A stretch of DNA of 64,000 nucleotides, taken from assembly GCA_028286485.1 (NCBI GenBank), contig JAQBRM010000027.1:10632-74631 (forward strand). Reading direction: 5' to 3'. The position numbers and the translations under genes were made by a program. This document shows positions 58,873 through 64,000 of the stretch, piece by piece. The notes beneath the pieces are model-generated. The model did no database searches. It was not told the DNA's origin and saw nothing but the letters and a program-made list of their open reading frames with translations. This stretch comes from Candidatus Nomurabacteria bacterium (GTDB lineage: Bacteria > Patescibacteriota > Minisyncoccia > Phycocordibacterales > UBA9973). Position 1 is the stretch's first letter, and each line of letters begins with the position of its first letter.

Positions 58873-58895
58873 GCGCTCGAGCTACGTCGTTCAAA
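58872..58895 (+). repeat. Array motif copy D
   Basis: AGCGCTCGAGCTACGTCGTTCAAA beginning at the stop codon; 17/21 match to consensus. Confidence 0.55.
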
Positions 58896-58899
58896 TAAA

Positions 58900-58933
58900 A
58901 AAGATCACACACGTTTTATAGTATGTGATCTTT
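58900..58933. terminator. Terminator between convergent genes
   Basis: AAAGATCACA...TGTGATCTTT. Confidence 0.7.
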
Positions 58934-58941
58934 GCTAAAGA

Positions 58942-59742
58942 TTAGTCGAATATCGCATGAATTTCCCATTGCTTGCCGATATGATCGATGATGTTCGAGG
59001 GGAAGATGAGGTTGTTGGTTTTCTCATCCCTATCAGCACACCACGATCTTTCTTGGATCGTTTCAATCTGCGGTGATGCAAGAATCTCTTTCAATGAATC
59101 CCCGCCGCGATAGTGATGGTTAACGTATAATCCCTGGACGATTGGCGGCTCATCTTTTATTTGCTCAAAAAAGACAAGCACGCACACGGCCTTTCCCGGG
59201 TTAGAGAAAACCAAGCTTCGCTCAGATGTTCTCATTCCGATAGCTACATGTGCATGATCGGCGGCCCAACATTTTAAATGGTCGATGTCTTTCCCAAACG
59301 CAATAAGCACTCGCCGGGACTCATCGCGGACTTCCATCCATAGTTTGCCAAGTTGGTTACGTCCGTCTTTATTTTTTCCCCAACCCCAGAATGAGTCTTG
59401 CCACGAATTTTCAATCAACGGCCGGTTTCCGGAATCAATAAGCTTTTTCCTGACGTATGGATGCTGGGTGGCTTTCTCCCGCAAAATTTCTTTCATTATT
59501 GCAACTTTTACCTCGTGCCAATCAGCACGCTGGCTAAGCTCGTATTGACGGGCGATTTTTTTCGCATCATGCGCGGAGCGGGCATTCTTGATCTTCTCCT
59601 GAATTTCCGGATAATCGGGAAATTTTTCGTAGTGATATGCATGCTCAGAAGTCATAAAATCATATCCCTTCCAATTCAACATAAATGCAGAAAAGTTGGA
59701 AAATGGGTAATATTCGTGTTCGTAAAAGAATATAGGTTCCAT
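58942..59742 (-). CDS. NADAR (YbiA-like) protein with extra C-terminal domain
   Basis: FSNF, SEHAY...KF, IENS..DSFWG, GRNQLGKLWMEVR. Confidence 0.9.
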   Translation of the reverse strand: MEPIFFYEHEYYPFSNFSAFMLNWKGYDFMTSEHAYHYEKFPDYPEIQEKIKNARSAHDAKKIARQYELSQRADWHEVKVAIMKEILREKATQHPYVRKKLIDSGNRPLIENSWQDSFWGWGKNKDGRNQLGKLWMEVRDESRRVLIAFGKDIDHLKCWAADHAHVAIGMRTSERSLVFSNPGKAVCVLVFFEQIKDEPPIVQGLYVNHHYRGGDSLKEILASPQIETIQERSWCADRDEKTNNLIFPSNIIDHIGKQWEIHAIFD

Positions 59743-59912
59743 AGTGTTAAGTTTTCCTCATACTACGTTTTAAGAGGGATTTGTCAACAAATAGTTAAGT
59801 CACGCGCATTCCGAACACGGATGTTGTTTCTAATAATCTGATAAAGAAAAAATAAAGAATTATGAAGGTTTTTCACTTTGGATAAACCGGGAAACGCTTT
59901 ATACTATAGGTC

Positions 59913-60788
59913 ATGGAACAAGAAACTTTGACTGTTAAGTTTGATGGGCAAGAACATCAGGTGGATGTTCAAACTTTTGCGTATTCTGTTTTAAATTTTG
60001 CCACTGTTATCAAGGAAGCGAATAAAAAAGTAACGGGAAGCCCTATTGAAATAAATATTAAGGCGCCGGAAAAGGGCAGCGTGCTCGTTGATTTGGTTAC
60101 TAAAGTGACGCAAAGCCCCACCCTCTTACATGGATTACATACGGGAGCAGATCTTGTTACTGTCGTTGCGGGACTATATGGTTTCCATAAATTTATTAGC
60201 GGGAGGAAAATAAAAGAAACAAAAAAAGAAGATGGCGGCATCACGATTCATTTGGAGGACGGTTCGACAATGACGGTAGCGGAAAATGTTTACAACATTT
60301 ACGTGACTACGCCCGCGATATCAAATGGCATTTCTCAACATTTTTCTGCGCTTAGTGATGATCCGGCTGTTTCAAAGTTTGAAGTCATAAGAAAAGAAAA
60401 AAGGATTATTGAAGTTGATAAGGAAGATTATGATCGTCTTTCTATCAAGCAGCAAATTGAGACTGAGAACGCGAGAAGGATTGTTGAATCCGCCGAACTT
60501 CATGTTTATAAGATTGTTTTTGACAAGACAGATAGAAAATGGGAATTCTATTATAAGGGCAATAGAATATCAGCCAATATAACAGATGAAGACTTCTTCA
60601 AGATGATCGACGGAGGAGAATCATTTGCCAAAGGAGACCTATTGCGTGTTGATTTGCAAATTAATCAGAGCATGGATGAGTCAGTCGGCATTTACGTAAA
60701 CCAATCATATCAAGTATTAAAAGTCCACGAACACATAAAACGTTTAGAACAGGCACAACTACCTTTTAACAAAACTCTGGACGACTGA
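59913..60788 (+). CDS. Hypothetical protein
   Basis: 291-aa AT-rich ORF with TATACT 7 nt upstream. Confidence 0.75.
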   Translation: MEQETLTVKFDGQEHQVDVQTFAYSVLNFATVIKEANKKVTGSPIEINIKAPEKGSVLVDLVTKVTQSPTLLHGLHTGADLVTVVAGLYGFHKFISGRKIKETKKEDGGITIHLEDGSTMTVAENVYNIYVTTPAISNGISQHFSALSDDPAVSKFEVIRKEKRIIEVDKEDYDRLSIKQQIETENARRIVESAELHVYKIVFDKTDRKWEFYYKGNRISANITDEDFFKMIDGGESFAKGDLLRVDLQINQSMDESVGIYVNQSYQVLKVHEHIKRLEQAQLPFNKTLDD

Positions 60789-60795
60789 CAACCCG

Positions 60796-61200
60796 TTATT
60801 GCACTTTCCGTAACGGCAGCAATGCCCGGATACGCGGATCGAGAATATAGAGCGTTCCCCACAGCAGAATGCCCACATAGACGGGAAAGAGGACGTTGCC
60901 AAAGAGCGGCAGACCGGCACGCAGGTTGGTCAGCACCGCTCCTCCGAGATCTCCCGTAAGCAGCAGGGCGCCGAGCACTGCGGTGCGCGGCAGGCAATAC
61001 AGCACCAGGCAAACCAATTCGATAATGCCAATCGGCACTGACAAGCCAAGCGGAAAGCCGAGCTGTATGAATGCCGCGGCAACAGGCGGAATAACCAGCA
61101 CATGGATAATGCCGTCAAATGCCAGAAACAGCACTAACAGCATCATGATGATTCTCCACACCCATAAACACCCTTTCGAAATTCCCAAATCTTGATTCAT
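60796..61200 (-). CDS. DoxX-family membrane protein
   Basis: IGIIEL...PRTAVLGALLLTG.LGGAV. Confidence 0.85.
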   Translation of the reverse strand: MNQDLGISKGCLWVWRIIMMLLVLFLAFDGIIHVLVIPPVAAAFIQLGFPLGLSVPIGIIELVCLVLYCLPRTAVLGALLLTGDLGGAVLTNLRAGLPLFGNVLFPVYVGILLWGTLYILDPRIRALLPLRKVQ

Positions 61201-61361
61201 AAAAAATATTTAAGTTTGTATGATTATATTGTACCTTATACCCAGCCATGGTTCCAGGTACCTTTTCCTTATTTTATCCAAAAAAGACTAGTGGGCATTC
61301 AAAACAAAATAAAAAGCCCCGCTGAAAAGCAGCGTGGCTTCATCCGCAGTACGTCTTAGAA

Positions 61362-61622
61362 TTACTGCAAAAAATAGTTAGTGATTAAAAGAGCCCCTAT
61401 CCAGGTCACACTGAGATACAACACCTTCCGGCCCAATCCCACTGATGTCGAAAAGCAGCAGAGTATCGCTCCTACCGTGAGGAAAAAATAGTCGAGGTTA
61501 CTATAGAGCGAGGTAAGGCCTGCGTGGTTGAATTTAAATTCAAAGCCGGCGGAAATACCTGACATGCCCAAAAATACCATTGCAAGGATCAACAATCCGT
61601 TTTTTTCAATCAATTTTTTCAT
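61362..61622 (-). CDS. Small three-TM membrane protein
   Basis: Hydrophobic 86-aa ORF with promoter TTGACT-17-TAAAGT. Confidence 0.65.
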   Translation of the reverse strand: MKKLIEKNGLLILAMVFLGMSGISAGFEFKFNHAGLTSLYSNLDYFFLTVGAILCCFSTSVGLGRKVLYLSVTWIGALLITNYFLQ

Positions 61623-61640
61623 TGTCTGTGATTTTTCAGC

Positions 61641-61685
61641 ACTTTACTCTCCCCTCTTGCTAAAGTCAATCAAGGAGGGTAGTAT
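61641..61685. promoter_or_regulatory. Overlapping divergent sigma70 promoters
   Basis: Minus strand TTGACT(61669-61664)-17-TAAAGT; plus strand TTGCTA(61657-61662)-17-TAGTAT. Confidence 0.65.
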
Positions 61686-61690
61686 TCGAA

Positions 61691-61834
61691 CAGTTCTTTA
61701 TCCAAGGGTGGCATTACTAGACGAGACTGGCCAATCCAATAGTGGTGAGCATCCTTGGGCACCATATACTGAACGAGACTCCTGAAAAAACAGGTGATCG
61801 AGATCCTGCACTACTACGGTTTGCAGGATTTTTT
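61691..61834 (+). ncRNA. Candidate ~145-nt rod-shaped sRNA (possibly 6S-like)
   Basis: CAGT/ACTG, internal bubble, CCAAGGGTG/CATCCTTGG, CATTACT/AGTGGTG; terminator ATCCTGCA/TGCAGGAT followed by a T-run. Confidence 0.6.
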
Positions 61835-61928
61835 ATTTACCCAGACTATAGTTCTGATTTCAGACTCAATACATAACTCTAATATTATTTTTGAAACCTT
61901 TCCCCTCAATCTTTGCTATAATTACCGC

Positions 61929-62153
61929 ATGGTTAAATTCAACGAGGTTACGTGGTATTCGAAATTAGCGGCAATCATCTTTTTCATCGGTGTTATACCA
62001 GTGCTGGCATTTTATATCGGCACACAGTACCAACAATCAAAAGATGCCCTGGCGAATGACGCGATTATACCCGTGTATCCCAAACTGACTCCCCATGCTC
62101 GCGCGATAGATGGTACAAAAGTTGAGACAACAATGTATATACCGAAGAACTAG
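61929..62153 (+). CDS. Small single-TM protein
   Basis: VTWYSKLAAIIFF...FYIG.QYQ; TGcTATAAT 6 nt upstream. Confidence 0.7.
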   Translation: MVKFNEVTWYSKLAAIIFFIGVIPVLAFYIGTQYQQSKDALANDAIIPVYPKLTPHARAIDGTKVETTMYIPKN

Positions 62154-62159
62154 TGTACC

Positions 62160-62774
62160 TTATGCCTTTGCAGCCGATTCTATTTTCGCAATGGCTGCGT
62201 TGAATCCTATACTCGTTAGTGATGATCCCGATACCCTACCCACATGCACGCTGGCAATGTCCTTGCCGACAACGTATTGCTTATATCCTGAAACGAACAT
62301 GGTTTGATAGCGCGCGGAAGTACGATCACCGGGCTTTGGTACCACCGATACGGCAGTGACTACATCACTGCTCAGTGTGACCGTCACCGCAATCTGATCT
62401 TGGCCACCGGGAGAATTGTATGAACCGGTCGCTGAATAAGTGCCGTCATTGTAGACATTGGTTGCTACCGCTGTAGGTGTTGGAGTGGAGATTACGGTCT
62501 TTTTAGGAGTGACAGTAATAGGCTGAGAAGTGGTCGTGGTTGAGGTAGTAGTCGTTGTATCAGGTGCGGGAAAAATACTGCCAAAGGCTGCGGGGCTGGG
62601 CGCGGGAATGATGGGAGTTGGCGTGGGAATTGGCACAGTAGTCGTAGTATCAGAACCCACTGGCTGAGCCGGCGGGTTGAATGTTGAGGCAAACACGCCA
62701 ACTGCGGCGGCAATCACCACTCCCAGTGCTGCCAATCCCGCTCCTATGGCGTTTTGGGATTTTTTCGGTTCCAT
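62160..62774 (-). CDS. Membrane-anchored FMN-binding domain protein
   Basis: TM, P/T linker, YNDGTYSATGSY.SPGG and VSGSSLTS. Confidence 0.8.
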   Translation of the reverse strand: MEPKKSQNAIGAGLAALGVVIAAAVGVFASTFNPPAQPVGSDTTTTVPIPTPTPIIPAPSPAAFGSIFPAPDTTTTTSTTTTSQPITVTPKKTVISTPTPTAVATNVYNDGTYSATGSYNSPGGQDQIAVTVTLSSDVVTAVSVVPKPGDRTSARYQTMFVSGYKQYVVGKDIASVHVGRVSGSSLTSIGFNAAIAKIESAAKA

Positions 62775-62852
62775 GTGTTTATTATGCCATGTATTTATGA
62801 AGATGGCGTGAATTCACCCCCTCTTCATGTAAATTAGGTATACTTGAGGCAT

Positions 62853-63320
62853 ATGAAAAACTTTTCATCAATCCTCCTCCGTATTGCCATTGCAGCCGTA
62901 TTCATCTGGTTCGGCATTCAGCAACTCATTGATCCGACTTCATGGGTCGGCTTTCTGCCAACGTGGGTCAATACTCTTCCTATCAGTCAGACCGTATTCA
63001 TTTATTTGAATGGCGTGTTTGAACTGATATTCGGCACCGCCTTGCTGCTCGGATTTTATTCCAGAATCGCCGCCTTATTGCTCGGGCTTCATTTATTGGG
63101 TATCACTCAGACGGTCGGCTACAGTGCCATCGGCGTGCGGGACTTCGGACTGGCATTGTCAGCTCTTTCGATTGCGGCATCGGGCCCCAGTCCATTTTCA
63201 TTGGATATGGCATTCCGGAAAGACGAACCGGTAGTGACAACTACTTATACGCCTACAAGTTATACGCCTACAAGACCAATACAATCCCCCGAGCCCGTTG
63301 TCGAACACAAGGTTATCTAA
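62853..63320 (+). CDS. DoxX-family membrane protein
   Basis: LLRIAIAAVFIWFG...GVFE...VRDFGL. Confidence 0.85.
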   Translation: MKNFSSILLRIAIAAVFIWFGIQQLIDPTSWVGFLPTWVNTLPISQTVFIYLNGVFELIFGTALLLGFYSRIAALLLGLHLLGITQTVGYSAIGVRDFGLALSALSIAASGPSPFSLDMAFRKDEPVVTTTYTPTSYTPTRPIQSPEPVVEHKVI

Positions 63321-63321
63321 T

Positions 63322-63798
63322 ATGAAAAACCGCTTCATCATAATTTTTCTTGCCACTTTCATACTCACTATTTTTGCAGTCCCTCATCCGCCACAACTCT
63401 TCGCCAAAATTATCCATACAAAGAGTGCTGTTCATAGCAAAACCGCCACTACCAAGAAAAAAATTGCTTCGACAAAGAAAGTTTCTAAAGCCAATGCGAA
63501 GAAAAAAATATCATCACCAAAAGTTGCCGCTGTTGCTGTCCCAGTAGCCGCTCCAACCTCCACCGCTTCCTATACACTGACAACGGTCGGCCTACACCAT
63601 TCGGCCGCAAGCTGCTGGACCACCATCAGCGGGAACATCTATGATCTCACACCATGGATTAAGCAACATTCCGGCAGCCGACAACCCGTGCTTTCATTAT
63701 GTGGTACGGATAGTACCGCTGCGTTCAACACCGAATATGCCGGCAGGGCAAAGCCCACGGAACAGCTTAAAGCGTTTTTGATCGGGAAACTGCAGTAA
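63322..63798 (+). CDS. Exported cytochrome b5-like domain protein
   Basis: H.SAASCW...IYDLT.WI.QH.G...CGTD.T..F. Confidence 0.8.
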   Translation: MKNRFIIIFLATFILTIFAVPHPPQLFAKIIHTKSAVHSKTATTKKKIASTKKVSKANAKKKISSPKVAAVAVPVAAPTSTASYTLTTVGLHHSAASCWTTISGNIYDLTPWIKQHSGSRQPVLSLCGTDSTAAFNTEYAGRAKPTEQLKAFLIGKLQ

Positions 63799-63856
63799 CA
63801 ATCCGATAATCTTCCGCAGCCGAGATAGTCGACTTTCATCAATATTCAAAATTAAG

Positions 63857-63892
63857 AAAAACCACCTGCTCCGATTATATGGGGGTGGTTTT
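63857..63892. terminator. Bidirectional terminator
   Basis: AAAAACCACC...GGTGGTTTTT. Confidence 0.7.
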
Positions 63893-63916
63893 TAGATGAA
63901 CCAATATTGGTTCTGA

Positions 63917-64000
63917 TCAGTTTTCTAAAAAGGCTTTGATTTTTTCAGCAAGCGCTTTTTCAAACTTTGCTTGTTCGCGCTCAGAACCTTCTTTATCAGT
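63917..64000 (-). CDS. C-terminal end of a CDS starting beyond the window
   Basis: Open frame ...EREQAKFEKALAEKIKAFLEN*, followed by a terminator. Confidence 0.5.
   Translation of the reverse strand, partial: TDKEGSEREQAKFEKALAEKIKAFLEN

Noticed and set aside
56791-58895. CRISPR array
   Set aside because: Repeats are degenerate and separated by whole genes of about 0.3-0.9 kb; no cas genes are present.
61694-61735. SAM-I riboswitch resemblance (TTATCCAAG.GTGGC...GACTGGCC)
   Set aside because: Lacks the P3 GCAACC/GGTGC core and P1 3' strand, and there is no methionine-related downstream gene.
1-64000. Recoded TGA (code 25), prophage or rRNA genes
   Set aside because: TGA terminates dnaG, rnr and the MFS gene, conserved ORFs are intact in code 11, and no phage structural genes, integrase or rRNA were recognised.

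Overview
Housekeeping-rich bacterial segment in standard code 11 (TGA ends dnaG, rnr and the MFS gene). Compact proteins and gene content suggest a Patescibacteria/CPR (Parcubacteria-like) genome; this is inference, as no rRNA is present. Core genes: a ddl-like gene, uvrABC, tgt, mreBC, proS, rpsB-tsf, rpoB-rpoC-dnaG-rpoD, rpsP-khpA-trmD, rnr, secG, rnj, mutY, tRNA-Thr(TGT) and tRNA-Gln(CTG). Main observations beyond these: (1) a RAYT-type HUH transposase bracketed by perfect 28-bp inverted repeats, with a 192-bp non-coding element carrying the same ends 44 kb away; (2) downstream of tRNA-Gln, three unrelated genes separated by four copies of a degenerate ~21-bp motif, two of which extend into ~45-nt hairpins (cassette-array-like, but not attC); (3) four unannotated promoter-structured RNA-terminator units, two of them convergent on predicted RNase genes (BECR-like and NYN); (4) a PilZ-less BcsA-like synthase with GH8, GT-C and GtrB-GtrA genes; (5) pervasive -10 boxes 6-9 nt upstream of start codons, suggesting leaderless mRNAs; (6) a degenerate tandem tRNA-Thr copy and several enzymes with altered active-site motifs. 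All family calls come from motif recognition by eye; no searches were run.
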